A stretch of DNA of 64,000 nt from Thermoanaerobaculia bacterium (GTDB lineage: Bacteria > Acidobacteriota > Thermoanaerobaculia > UBA5066), in assembly GCA_963816185.1 (NCBI GenBank), contig CAWFJJ010000005.1:224001-288000 (forward strand), written 5' to 3'. Below are positions 50,858 through 60,407 of this stretch, one piece after another (position 1 is the stretch's first letter; each line of letters begins with the position of its first letter). The translations under genes and the position numbers were made by a program. Below the pieces are notes generated by a model. The model did no database searches and was not told where the DNA came from. It saw nothing but the letters and a program-made list of their open reading frames with translations.

Positions 50858-53649
50858 CACTCTTCCTTCAGCGCGGCCGCGACGTCCGTCGCAGCCGCAA
50901 GGCTGGCCGGCCGCGAGGCAGCCGCGAGCGTCGCGAGAAGGACGAGGGCGAGCGCCGCCGCGAGGAAGCCCCACGGCGTGTGCATCGCGATCGTCCAGCC
51001 GAATGACTGGCGGTTGATGACGTGGACGAGGACGAGCGACATCGCGCCTCCCGCGAGCGCCCCGAGGCCGGCCCCGAGACCGCCGATCGCGGCCGCCTCG
51101 TAGCGGACGGCTCTCTTCACCCGGGCTGCCGAGGCCCCGAGGACGCGCAGAAGGCCGATCTCGCGCCGCCTTTCGAGGACGAGCGCGGTCAGCGTGTTGA
51201 AGACGCCGAGCACGGCCACGGCGAGCGCCACGACCTCGAGCGCGTACGTGACGGCGAACGTCCGATCGAAGATCCTGAGGACGATCTTTCGGAGCGTCGC
51301 GTTCGTCCGCACCCGGAGCGCGAACCGTCCGCGCAAGGCCGCCGCCACGCGGCGTGCCCCTTCCTCGGGCGAGACTCCGTCCTTCAGCGTCACGGCGACG
51401 GACGAAGCGCCGGTGAGCGGCCAGAGCCTCTGAAAATGTGCGCGGTCGAGCGTCACCGTGCCGCGATCGTTCGAGTAATCCGTGTAGACCGCGGCAACGC
51501 GCACCCGGACGGGCCCGCGGTCGGTCGGGAGCTCCACGAAATCGCCCGGCTTCACGTGGAATTTCTCGCCGAACGGCTCCGAGATCATGGCCTCGTCCTT
51601 TCCGAGGGCGTCCGTGAAGACCTTCCTCGTGTCGCGCCCGTCCACGAGCGGCAGGTTCCCGTGCTTCGCGATGAACGCGAAGAGGCCCGATCCCACGGTG
51701 AACGGCACTCCATCTCGCGTGGCGGGGAAGGCGAGGAACGGGTCGACGTCGTCCACGCCCGGCACCGCGCGCACGAGGTCGATCGCTTCGTCCGGGATCC
51801 GGCCGAAGGACGGGCCGGACCTTCCGCTCGCCGGCGACAGGAAGAGATCCGAGGCGAGCGTCTGGCCGATCCACGTCGCGACCGTCGTGCGGAAGGAGCC
51901 GACCATGACGGCGACCGAAACCATCATCGCGAGAGCCATCGTGAGCGCGGCCACGGCCACCGATGTGCGCGAGAGGCTGCCGGTCAGGTTCGCGCGAGCG
52001 AGGCGCGCCTCGACGCCCAAGAGGCGCAGCGCAAACCGGTCGAGGCGCGTGGCCGCGAAAGTCACGGCCGCGGGAGCGAGCAGGGAGACGCCCGAAGCGA
52101 TCAGGAAGACCGAGAGGAATCCGAAGAGAGGGAGGCCGTTGACGGGCCCGGACCGCGTCGCGACGAATGCGAGGACGAGCAGGGCCGTGCCCGCGAGAGC
52201 GAGAGGACGTGTCCTTCGACGGCGCACGGCCTCGACCGAGCCGTGACGCATCGTCGCGGCGGGCTCGACGCGCGCGGCCTCGAGGGCGGGGGCGAGAGCC
52301 GACAGGATGGACGAGACGACGCCGACGGAGAACGCGAGGAGCAGCACGCGAGGGTCGAGGTGGAGCACCGGATGCGCCGAGGGAAGGTAGAGCTCGGTCG
52401 CGGTGCCGCCCACGAGGAGGAGCGCGCCCTCCGCAAGCGCGACGCCGAGGGCCACGCCGGCCGCGCTTCCGAGGACGCCGAGCACGAGCCCCTCGGCGAG
52501 GAAGACGGCGAACACGGACCGCTTCGACGCCCCGAGCGCGCGGACGGTGCCGATGTCCGTGCGACGCCGCAAGACCGAGATGGACAGTGTGTTGTAGACG
52601 AAATACATCCCGACGAGGAGGGCGATCAGGCCGAGGGCGGAGAGGTTCACGCGAAACGCGCGGACCAGATGCTCGACGGTCTGCGTGCGCCGCTCCGGGC
52701 GCCCGGCCGTCGTGCCCGGGGGCAGCGACGCGCGGATCTCCTCCTCGAAACGCGCGCGGCCGTCTTCCGGAAGGCCGGGCGGCAGAACGACGTCGATGCG
52801 GTCGAGGCGGCCGACCTTCCCGAATGCCTCCTGCGCGACCGCGAGGTCCATGAACACGATCGAGCCGGAGGCCGCACGCGCGGCGCCAAGGGGCCGAAGC
52901 ACGGCGGCGACGCGGAACGTGCGCTCCACGCCGTTCGTGACGAGGTGCAGCGAACTCCCGGTGTGAAGAGAATTTCTTTCTGCGAATACAGAGGTGACCA
53001 GGATCGAATTCTTTTCGAAGACGGATAAGAGGTTTGCTTCGGACCCGTTCGCGTCGTGTTTTGCGTCGGCTCCGGGTGAAGGCGTTTCGCTCGCTTCGCT
53101 CGCGTGCTTAGAAGGGGAAATTTCCTCGGGGCGCGCCGAACCAATGCCGCTTTGCCCGGCCGTCCCCGCGCGCTCCTGACCCTTATTACCTTCTAAGAAA
53201 ATCGTAGGCTGCGTTTCACGAGCCCCACTGTAGTTCGCGCGTTCCGGCGAACCGTCCTGCGAGGGAGCAAATCCGTATTCTCTTGCTGCCGCGTCCGCGA
53301 GCGGGTCGATGCCGAGCACCTCGACGACCTCGCCGTCCGCAGCGCCCGCCGCGGCCGTTTCGGTGATCGCGGGCGCGAGCGTCGCCCCCTCGCGACGGAG
53401 CCAGGCGAGGCGCTCCAGCGCGGCCTCGGGAATGCCCGGGCCGTCCGCGAGCACCGTGATCCCGGCCTTTCCGGCGACGAGGTCCACGGTGTCGGAGAAA
53501 GACGAAAGGACCGAAGCGTTCGCGAGGCGGATCGCGGCGATCGTCGCGACGCCGACGGCGATGCCCGAGACCGTGAGGAGGAAGCGAAGCCGGTCCCTCG
53601 CGGCCGGCCGGAGGACGAGCGGGCCGATCAGCGAAAAGAAACCGATCAT
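50857..53649 (-). CDS. FtsX/MacB-like ABC transporter permease (AttF/G-like) with an in-frame low-complexity insertion
   Basis: Two MacB-periplasmic plus FtsX halves (RRRTDIGTVRALGA; ERRREIGLLRVLGA), INRQSFGW. Confidence 0.9.
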   Translation of the reverse strand: MIGFFSLIGPLVLRPAARDRLRFLLTVSGIAVGVATIAAIRLANASVLSSFSDTVDLVAGKAGITVLADGPGIPEAALERLAWLRREGATLAPAITETAAAGAADGEVVEVLGIDPLADAAAREYGFAPSQDGSPERANYSGARETQPTIFLEGNKGQERAGTAGQSGIGSARPEEISPSKHASEASETPSPGADAKHDANGSEANLLSVFEKNSILVTSVFAERNSLHTGSSLHLVTNGVERTFRVAAVLRPLGAARAASGSIVFMDLAVAQEAFGKVGRLDRIDVVLPPGLPEDGRARFEEEIRASLPPGTTAGRPERRTQTVEHLVRAFRVNLSALGLIALLVGMYFVYNTLSISVLRRRTDIGTVRALGASKRSVFAVFLAEGLVLGVLGSAAGVALGVALAEGALLLVGGTATELYLPSAHPVLHLDPRVLLLAFSVGVVSSILSALAPALEAARVEPAATMRHGSVEAVRRRRTRPLALAGTALLVLAFVATRSGPVNGLPLFGFLSVFLIASGVSLLAPAAVTFAATRLDRFALRLLGVEARLARANLTGSLSRTSVAVAALTMALAMMVSVAVMVGSFRTTVATWIGQTLASDLFLSPASGRSGPSFGRIPDEAIDLVRAVPGVDDVDPFLAFPATRDGVPFTVGSGLFAFIAKHGNLPLVDGRDTRKVFTDALGKDEAMISEPFGEKFHVKPGDFVELPTDRGPVRVRVAAVYTDYSNDRGTVTLDRAHFQRLWPLTGASSVAVTLKDGVSPEEGARRVAAALRGRFALRVRTNATLRKIVLRIFDRTFAVTYALEVVALAVAVLGVFNTLTALVLERRREIGLLRVLGASAARVKRAVRYEAAAIGGLGAGLGALAGGAMSLVLVHVINRQSFGWTIAMHTPWGFLAAALALVLLATLAAASRPASLAAATDVAAALKEE

Positions 53650-54326
53650 GGCTCGAGCCGTCCGTCACGCAGGTGGAGGATGCGCGAGGCGCGCGCCGCG
53701 GCTTCGGCCGAGTGCGTCGCCATGACGACGGTGATGCCGCGCTCCGTCACGAGGGCCGAGACGAGGGCGAGCACCTGCTCGCCCGTCTTCGAGTCGAGAT
53801 TGCCGGTCGGCTCGTCGGCGAGGAGGAGCGCGGGCCCGTTCGCGAGCGCACGCGCCACGGCGACGCGCTGCATCTGCCCGCCTGAAAGCTCGTACGGGTA
53901 AGAGCGCGCCTTGTCCGAGAGGCCGACGTCGGAAAGACCTCGCGCCGCGCGCGCATCCGCGTCGGCCGGGGAGACTCCGTCGAGGAGGAGCGGCAGCGCG
54001 ACGTTCTCGAGGGCCGTCATCGTGGGCAGGAGGTTGAAGAACTGGAATACCGTGGCCGCGGTTTTCCGTCGGTACGCGTCGCGTTCGTCCTCGGACAGCG
54101 TCGCGAGATCCTTCCCGTCCACGAGGACGCGGCCCGCCGTCGGGCGATCGAGACCGCCGAGGAGATTCAGGAGCGTCGACTTGCCGCAGCCCGAAGGTCC
54201 GAGGAGAGCGGTGAAGGTGCCGGGCTCGAGCGCGAGAGAGACGCCGAGGAGCGCGTCGACCCCGGCGGCCCCGTTTCCGCCGCCGTACGACTTCGTCACG
54301 GACTCGGCGATCACGCGGGCGCCCAT
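53646..54326 (-). CDS. ABC transporter ATP-binding protein (LolD/MacB-like)
   Basis: GPSGCGKST, LSGGQMQR, LLADEPTGNLD, ATH. Confidence 0.95.
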   Translation of the reverse strand: MGARVIAESVTKSYGGGNGAAGVDALLGVSLALEPGTFTALLGPSGCGKSTLLNLLGGLDRPTAGRVLVDGKDLATLSEDERDAYRRKTAATVFQFFNLLPTMTALENVALPLLLDGVSPADADARAARGLSDVGLSDKARSYPYELSGGQMQRVAVARALANGPALLLADEPTGNLDSKTGEQVLALVSALVTERGITVVMATHSAEAAARASRILHLRDGRLEP

Positions 54327-54370
54327 GAGCCTCATCCTACGTATGATGCCCGCGTCGGGATGGACGCCGC

Positions 54371-55180
54371 GTGCTGAAAAACCTCGCCGGCCTGTGGCGC
54401 CACCGCGCGCTCGCGTACGTCCTCGTCGCCCGCGAGCTGAAGGCCCGCTATCGCGGCAGCGTTCTGGGATTCTTCTGGTCGCTCCTGAACCCCCTCCTGA
54501 TGCTCGCGGTCTACGCGATCGTCTTCGCCGTCATCTTCACGGGCCGCGGTCCCGAGACGTCGCCGTACGCGTTGTTCCTCTTCTCCGGTCTCCTGCCGTG
54601 GAACTGGCTCTCGTCGTCGCTGACGGACGCGGCGGCATCGCTGACGACGCACGGGGCGCTCCTCAAGAAGATCCTCTTCCCGGCCGAGGTGCTGCCGATC
54701 GTGGCGGTTCTCGCGCAAGGCCTCCACTTCGTCTTCGCCCTGCCTGTCCTTCTCGCCGGCCTCGTCCTCGGCGCTCTCGGCGTCTTCGGCCCGTCGATCC
54801 CCCTCGGATGGCCGCTCGTGCAGGCCCTCCCGCTCTTCGTTCTCGAAGGGATCTTCGTCGGAGGGGTCGGGCTGCTCCTCGCCGCTCTCACGGTCCATTT
54901 TCGCGACGTGAAGGATCTCCTCGCGACGGCGCTGTCGCTCTGGTTCTTCGCGACGCCCGTCCTGTACAGGCTCGACGACATCAAGCAGGAGCGCGTGCGC
55001 GCGCTCTTGCTCTTCAATCCGGCGGCACCCTTCTTCGATGGGTGGCACGACGCGCTTTTCTACGCACGGTGGATCGAGCCGTCCCGGTGGGGCCTCCTCC
55101 TCGCGATCGCGTGCGCGTCGTTTTTCCTCGGGTATGCGCTCTTCGACCGGCTGCGCGACTCGTATCCGGAGGCGGTGTGA
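54371..55180 (+). CDS. wzm: Polysaccharide ABC exporter permease
   Basis: RELKARYRGSVLGFFWSLLNPL, FRDVKD, FFATPVLY, NP. Confidence 0.9.
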   Translation: MLKNLAGLWRHRALAYVLVARELKARYRGSVLGFFWSLLNPLLMLAVYAIVFAVIFTGRGPETSPYALFLFSGLLPWNWLSSSLTDAAASLTTHGALLKKILFPAEVLPIVAVLAQGLHFVFALPVLLAGLVLGALGVFGPSIPLGWPLVQALPLFVLEGIFVGGVGLLLAALTVHFRDVKDLLATALSLWFFATPVLYRLDDIKQERVRALLLFNPAAPFFDGWHDALFYARWIEPSRWGLLLAIACASFFLGYALFDRLRDSYPEAV

Positions 55181-56706
55181 AGCCCGTCACGCCGGCCGTC
55201 ACGGCCGAAAGCCTTTCGAAGAGCTATCGAAAATGGGGGCGCACGCGCGCGTTCGGGACGCTCAAGTCGGCGCTTCTCGGGCGCTCGCTGGCGGCGGCGC
55301 TCGCCCCTTCCGAGGTCGTGGCCGCGCTCTCGGACGTGTCTTTCACGGTCGCACGCGGCGAGACCTTCGGCGTCGTGGGGCCGAACGGCTGCGGCAAGTC
55401 CACGCTCCTGAAGCTCGTCGCCGGCCTCTTCAAGCCCACCTCGGGGCGGATCGCCGTCGATGGGAAGGTCTCGGCGCTCATCGAGCTCGGCGCGGGCTTC
55501 CACCCGGAGATCTCGGGACGCGAGAACGTCGTCATCAACGGCGTCATGCTCGGGCTCTCGCGCAAGGAGATCGAGCGGAAGCTGCCCGAGATCATCGCGT
55601 TCTCGGGCCTCGAAGGCTTCATCGACGAGCCCGTGAAGACGTACTCGTCGGGCATGTACGTGCGCCTCGGCTTCGCGGTGGCCGTGCACGTGGACCCGGA
55701 CATCCTCGTCGTGGACGAGGTCCTCGCCGTGGGCGACGAGGCCTTCGCGCACCGCTGTCTCGACACGATCGCGGAGTTCTCGCGGCGCGGCAAGACGATT
55801 TTCTTCGTCTCGCACTCGCTCGTCCTCGTCGAGGATCTGTGCGACCGCGTGCTTTACCTCGAGGGCGGCCGGATCAAGGCGCTCGGCGATCCCAGAGAGA
55901 CGCTCGCGAAATACCGCATGAACGTCGCGGCGGGGGAGGGCGCACGTCTCTCGACGGAGCATCGGAAGGATCAGGAGATTCTGCTTCGGACAAGAGAAGA
56001 GAAGATTTTCTCAAAAGGGGAAGAGGGGGCGGCGGCGGGCGGCGAGACGGCGCTGCGCGCCGGGGAAACTGCTGCACGCGGGGATTCGGCGCATTTCTTA
56101 GAAGGGGCAAAAGGCTCAGGGGCTACCGGTGCCGGATCGGCTGTCGAGCGGGCTGACTCTCATACCCCCTTCAAAGAAAATCCACCCTTGCCCGAAGCGT
56201 CTCGAAAGCAGGAAACACAACAGAGCGTGGAGTCACCTCTGGAACAGAAGAATCCTCTTCGCCGATGGGGCAACCGGGACGTGTCGATCACGGGCTGCCG
56301 CTTGCTCGACGCCTCCGGCGCCGAGCGCTACGCGTTTCGCTCGGGGGAGTCGCTGACGGTCGAGATCTCCGTGGCGCCGCGGGCCTCCACCGCCGATTTC
56401 GTCTTCGGGATCGGGATCTTCACGCTCGAGGACGTGTGTGTGCACGGCAGCAACACGGAGACCGACGGCTTCCTGCCGGAACGCCTCGACGGCCCGGCGA
56501 CGGTGCGCGTGACGCTGCCGCGCCTCGACCTCGGGACCGGGACGTATCTCCTGGACGTGGCGGTCCACTCCCGCCGCGAGACGCCTTACGACTACTGGCG
56601 CGGCGCGTGCCGCTTCCAGGTGGATTCGCCCGATCGCGACGCGGGCCTCTATCGCCCGGAACGCCTCTGGACGTTCGCGGGCGCCGTCTCGGTGAGCGCG
56701 CGGTGA
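55177..56706 (+). CDS. wzt: Polysaccharide ABC exporter ATPase with Wzt_C domain and a long linker insertion
   Basis: GPNGCGKST, GAGFHPE, YSSGM..RLGF, VDEVLAVGD; C-terminal carbohydrate-binding domain. Confidence 0.92.
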   Translation: MKPVTPAVTAESLSKSYRKWGRTRAFGTLKSALLGRSLAAALAPSEVVAALSDVSFTVARGETFGVVGPNGCGKSTLLKLVAGLFKPTSGRIAVDGKVSALIELGAGFHPEISGRENVVINGVMLGLSRKEIERKLPEIIAFSGLEGFIDEPVKTYSSGMYVRLGFAVAVHVDPDILVVDEVLAVGDEAFAHRCLDTIAEFSRRGKTIFFVSHSLVLVEDLCDRVLYLEGGRIKALGDPRETLAKYRMNVAAGEGARLSTEHRKDQEILLRTREEKIFSKGEEGAAAGGETALRAGETAARGDSAHFLEGAKGSGATGAGSAVERADSHTPFKENPPLPEASRKQETQQSVESPLEQKNPLRRWGNRDVSITGCRLLDASGAERYAFRSGESLTVEISVAPRASTADFVFGIGIFTLEDVCVHGSNTETDGFLPERLDGPATVRVTLPRLDLGTGTYLLDVAVHSRRETPYDYWRGACRFQVDSPDRDAGLYRPERLWTFAGAVSVSAR

Positions 56707-58400
56707 TCCGTCCGGAACGCGTCGACCGGACGCTCCTTTCGCTTCTCCTCCTCGCGATCCTGCTGCTCGTCCTCGAGCCCGGCGTGGTCCCGCTCTTCGA
56801 GCCGGACGAAGGCCGGTACGCCGAGATTCCGCGCGAAATGCTCGCCTCTCACGACTTCCTGACTCCGCGCCTGAACGGCGTTCTTTACTTCGAGAAACCG
56901 CCGCTCTACTACTGGACGGTCGCCGCGTCGATGGCGCTCCTCGGGCCGACGGAGCTCGCGGTGCGCCTCCCGGGGAAGCTCGCCGCGGTGTCGATGGTCC
57001 TCCTCGCGGTGGCATTCGCTCGGCGGCGTTGGGGAGCCCGTACGGGGCTTCTCGCCGGGTTGATCCTTTCGACGTCGATTCTCCTCGTCGCACTCGCGCG
57101 GATCGCGCTGATCGATCCGATGCTCTCGGCTGCGCTCACCGCGGCGACGTTCGCCTTCGTTTCGTTCGCGGAGAGTGACGCCGCGGGAGATGGCCGTCGC
57201 GGCCGGCGCGCTCTTTACGCCTTTTACGCCGCATGCGCGGCGGCCGTACTCCTCAAGGGTCTCGTCGGCATCGTCCTGCCGGGAGGCGCAATCGTCGTCT
57301 GGACGCTCGTCACGGGCCGGTGGGGGACGCTGGCCAGAATCTTTTCGGCAGGACCGATCCTTCTGTTCTGCGTCCTCGCGATTCCCTGGCACGTCGCGAT
57401 GGCTCTCCGTCATCCCGACTTCCTCCAGTTCTACTTCGTGCACGAGCACTTCCAGCGTTTCACGACGATGGAGTCCCGGCGTCCGGGGCCCCCCGGCTAC
57501 TTCATTCCCGTCCTCCTCGCGGGTTTCCTGCCGTGGACCGGCTTTTTCGGGCGATTTCGGGAGGTGTGGCCGGGCTTTTCACGCGGCCGGTGGCGTGGCC
57601 GCGGGACAGAAGCGTTCCTCTGGATCTGGGCCTTTCTCGTCTTCGCTTTCTTCTCAGTCTCGAAGTCGAAGCTCATCCCGTACGTCCTCCCGATATGGCC
57701 CGCGCTCTCGGTGCTCCTCGCTCTCGGCATCGAGCGAGCCCGTCAGCGCGGCGCGGAGTTCCGAGCGGACCGGCGCCTCTCTGCGGCGTTCTTCGGACTC
57801 CTCTTCGCCGCGGCGGCGGCATACGGCTGGGGCGCGGGATATCTCGAGCGCTTCGGGGGCGCGCGCACGGGCCTCTTCGCGCTCCTGGCCCTCCTCGGCG
57901 GATTCGTCCTCAACGTGTCGCCTCGACTCTTCCACCCGCGGCGGGGCGGTGATCCGGCGCTGGCCGTGGCCGCGCCGTGGCTCACGTTCGTGGCGGGGCT
58001 TCTCATCGTGCTTCCCGGCGTGGCCCGTGAGATCACGCCGTGGCCGATCGCGTCGCGGACCCTCGAGATTCTGGAGCCGGACGACCTTCTCCTGCAGAAG
58101 GGGCACTACCTCGAGGTGCTTCCGTTCTACGTCAGGCGCCTCACGCCGGTGGCTTCGCTCGGCTGGAGCGAGCTCGACTTCGGCCGTTCTCATCCCGGAA
58201 CCGAAACGCTCTTTCCGTCCGACGAAGCGTTCGCGGCGGACTGGAACGGGAGCCGGCGAATGCTCGTCGTCGTGCACCGGGATCAGCTCGGCGCGTTCGG
58301 TCGGTCGCCGTTGTCGGCAACTCCCGCGACGTTCCTCGCCAGGGAAACTAGCGGAAAGCATCTGCTGCTCTCGAATCGGCGGATAGGATCGGATCCATGA
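56703..58400 (+). CDS. arnT: ArnT/GT83-family undecaprenyl-phosphate sugar transferase
   Basis: PDEGRYAEIPREM, YFEKPPLYYW, LLKG, HEHFQRF, SKSKLIPYVLP. Confidence 0.88.
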   Translation: MIRPERVDRTLLSLLLLAILLLVLEPGVVPLFEPDEGRYAEIPREMLASHDFLTPRLNGVLYFEKPPLYYWTVAASMALLGPTELAVRLPGKLAAVSMVLLAVAFARRRWGARTGLLAGLILSTSILLVALARIALIDPMLSAALTAATFAFVSFAESDAAGDGRRGRRALYAFYAACAAAVLLKGLVGIVLPGGAIVVWTLVTGRWGTLARIFSAGPILLFCVLAIPWHVAMALRHPDFLQFYFVHEHFQRFTTMESRRPGPPGYFIPVLLAGFLPWTGFFGRFREVWPGFSRGRWRGRGTEAFLWIWAFLVFAFFSVSKSKLIPYVLPIWPALSVLLALGIERARQRGAEFRADRRLSAAFFGLLFAAAAAYGWGAGYLERFGGARTGLFALLALLGGFVLNVSPRLFHPRRGGDPALAVAAPWLTFVAGLLIVLPGVAREITPWPIASRTLEILEPDDLLLQKGHYLEVLPFYVRRLTPVASLGWSELDFGRSHPGTETLFPSDEAFAADWNGSRRMLVVVHRDQLGAFGRSPLSATPATFLARETSGKHLLLSNRRIGSDP

Positions 58401-60397
58401 AGCGCACCGCCGTCCTTTTCGCCCCCCTGATGTTCTTCGCCGCCCTGGCCTCGACGGCATCGGCGGCAGGACCGCCGACCGCGAAGGGCGGCGGGAAGCC
58501 GGCCCGCCCGGCTCCGCTTTTCGTCGTCGGCTGGGACGGGGCCGACTGGAAGCTCCTCGATCCGCTCATGAAGCGCGGCCTCCTGCCGAACCTCTCGGCG
58601 CTCGTCGCGCGCGGGCGAACCTGGAACCTCGAAACTTTCAACCCGATGATCTCGCCGCTCATCTGGACGACGCTGGCGACGGGACGGTCGCCCGTCGACC
58701 ACGGCGTCGCCGACTTCCAGGAGCTCGATCCGAAGACCCGTGCGCGTCTCCCGATCTCGGGCTGGTCGCGAAAGGTGCCCGCCATCTGGAACGTCGCGAG
58801 CGCGAAAGGGCTGAAGGTCGGCGTCGTGGGCTGGTGGGCGACGTGGCCCGCCGAGAAGGTCAACGGCTTCTTCGTCTCGGATCGCGCCTCGCCCGTCCTC
58901 TTTCCGGCCGAGGTCCTGAGCGGCTCTCCTGCGCTGACGTGGCCCGAGGGCCTCGCCGAGGGGGTCCGCCTCGTCGGGCGGCGCGACGGGACGCCCGGCT
59001 TCGACGAAGTCTCGAAGGTGCTCCACGTGACGAAAGCGGAGTTCGACGCGGCGGTCGCGGCGAAGAGGGATCTCGGCAACCCGATCACCGGCTACCAGAA
59101 GATCCTGGGCTCGACGCGGGTCTACGCGCGGACGGCGCTCGAGCTGTACGACCGCGAGAAGCCCGATCTCCTGATGGTCTATTTCGAGGGGACCGACGAG
59201 ATCGGGCACCTCCTCGCTCGCTACTACCCGCCGAAGCTCCCGGCCATCTCCGAGGAAGATTTCCGGAAGTACCAGGACGGGGTCGCCGCTTACTTCCAGG
59301 AGGCCGACCGGATCCTGGGCGAGTTCCTGAAGCGGGCCGACAAGGCGGGAGCGAACCTCGTTCTCCTTTCGGATCACGGCTTCAAGTGGGCCGACCGGCC
59401 TGCTTTCTACTCGTCCATCCAGTTCGACACGGCGTACCTGTGGCACGAGTCGCCGGGGATCCTCGCTGCGGTCGGGCCGGGCTTCCCGGCGGCGGCGGCG
59501 CGCGGGAAGGCGGGAATCTTCGACGTGACGCCGACGCTCTGCCGACTCCTGGGTCTCCCGGGCGACCCCGCCTTCGAGGGCCGGCCCGTATCGGGGAGCC
59601 GGCTTCCCGCCGCGCCGGCGGCCGTTTCGTGGACGAAGACCTTCAAGGTCGAGCGGCTCGCGGCTCGCGCCTCGAGCGAGGCCGACAGGAAGGCGAGCGA
59701 GGAGTTCACGAAGAAGCTGATCTCTCTCGGGTACCTCACGGGGGCCGAGGCGGCCGCCGTGGACGCGCGCCCGCCCGAGCGCGCCGGCGCGGAGACGGCG
59801 GGCACTTTCCAGAACATCGCGACGTTCCTCCGGTCCCGCGGCAAGGCCAAGGAAGCCCTTCCCTGGTACCGCAAGGCTCTCGAGGTCAACCCGAAGGCGC
59901 CGACGGCGCTTTACAACTACTCCGTCGACCTCCAGATCCTCAACCGGTGGGACGAGTCGGACGACGCCCTCATCAGCGCGGCTAAGAACGGCTATCACGA
60001 TCCCGAGGCCGCGGTCTACCGTCGCGTGGCGTCCTATTCGCAGCGCGGCGAGAAGGACCCGAAATTGCGCCCGCAGCTCCGGAAGTTCCTGCGCAAGGTG
60101 GTGGACGCCTTTCCGGAGAACGTCAAGTATCGCGCCTCGCTGGGCAAGGCCCTCTTCGAGGCGAAGGACTGCGCCGGTTCGCAGACGATCTTCCGGGACC
60201 TGGCGGCGCGGAACCCCCGCGACACGGATGCGTTGAACCTGATGGCGCTCTCTTCCTGGTGTCTCGGCGACCTTGCGGGAGCCCGCGATTACTTCACTCG
60301 CTCGCTCGCCGTGGACCCGAACCAGCCGGCGGTCCGCGGCGGGCTCGGCCAGCTCGCGCACGGGGACGGAGGCCGGTCGCCCGGTTCCCCCCGCTAG
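58397..60397 (+). CDS. Secreted alkaline-phosphatase-superfamily (NPP/phosphodiesterase) protein with TPR repeats
   Basis: GWDGADW, SPLIWTTLATG, TDEIGH, LSDHGF, WH; LISLGY then TPR helices. Confidence 0.85.
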   Translation: MKRTAVLFAPLMFFAALASTASAAGPPTAKGGGKPARPAPLFVVGWDGADWKLLDPLMKRGLLPNLSALVARGRTWNLETFNPMISPLIWTTLATGRSPVDHGVADFQELDPKTRARLPISGWSRKVPAIWNVASAKGLKVGVVGWWATWPAEKVNGFFVSDRASPVLFPAEVLSGSPALTWPEGLAEGVRLVGRRDGTPGFDEVSKVLHVTKAEFDAAVAAKRDLGNPITGYQKILGSTRVYARTALELYDREKPDLLMVYFEGTDEIGHLLARYYPPKLPAISEEDFRKYQDGVAAYFQEADRILGEFLKRADKAGANLVLLSDHGFKWADRPAFYSSIQFDTAYLWHESPGILAAVGPGFPAAAARGKAGIFDVTPTLCRLLGLPGDPAFEGRPVSGSRLPAAPAAVSWTKTFKVERLAARASSEADRKASEEFTKKLISLGYLTGAEAAAVDARPPERAGAETAGTFQNIATFLRSRGKAKEALPWYRKALEVNPKAPTALYNYSVDLQILNRWDESDDALISAAKNGYHDPEAAVYRRVASYSQRGEKDPKLRPQLRKFLRKVVDAFPENVKYRASLGKALFEAKDCAGSQTIFRDLAARNPRDTDALNLMALSSWCLGDLAGARDYFTRSLAVDPNQPAVRGGLGQLAHGDGGRSPGSPR

Positions 60398-60407
60398 AAT
60401 CGCGCCA

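Noticed and set aside
53911-56706. 931-aa ORF as a single long Wzt
   Set aside because: The N-terminal 420 or so codons overlap the ABC ATPase (antisense) and wzm (off-frame); the real start is the GTG at 55177
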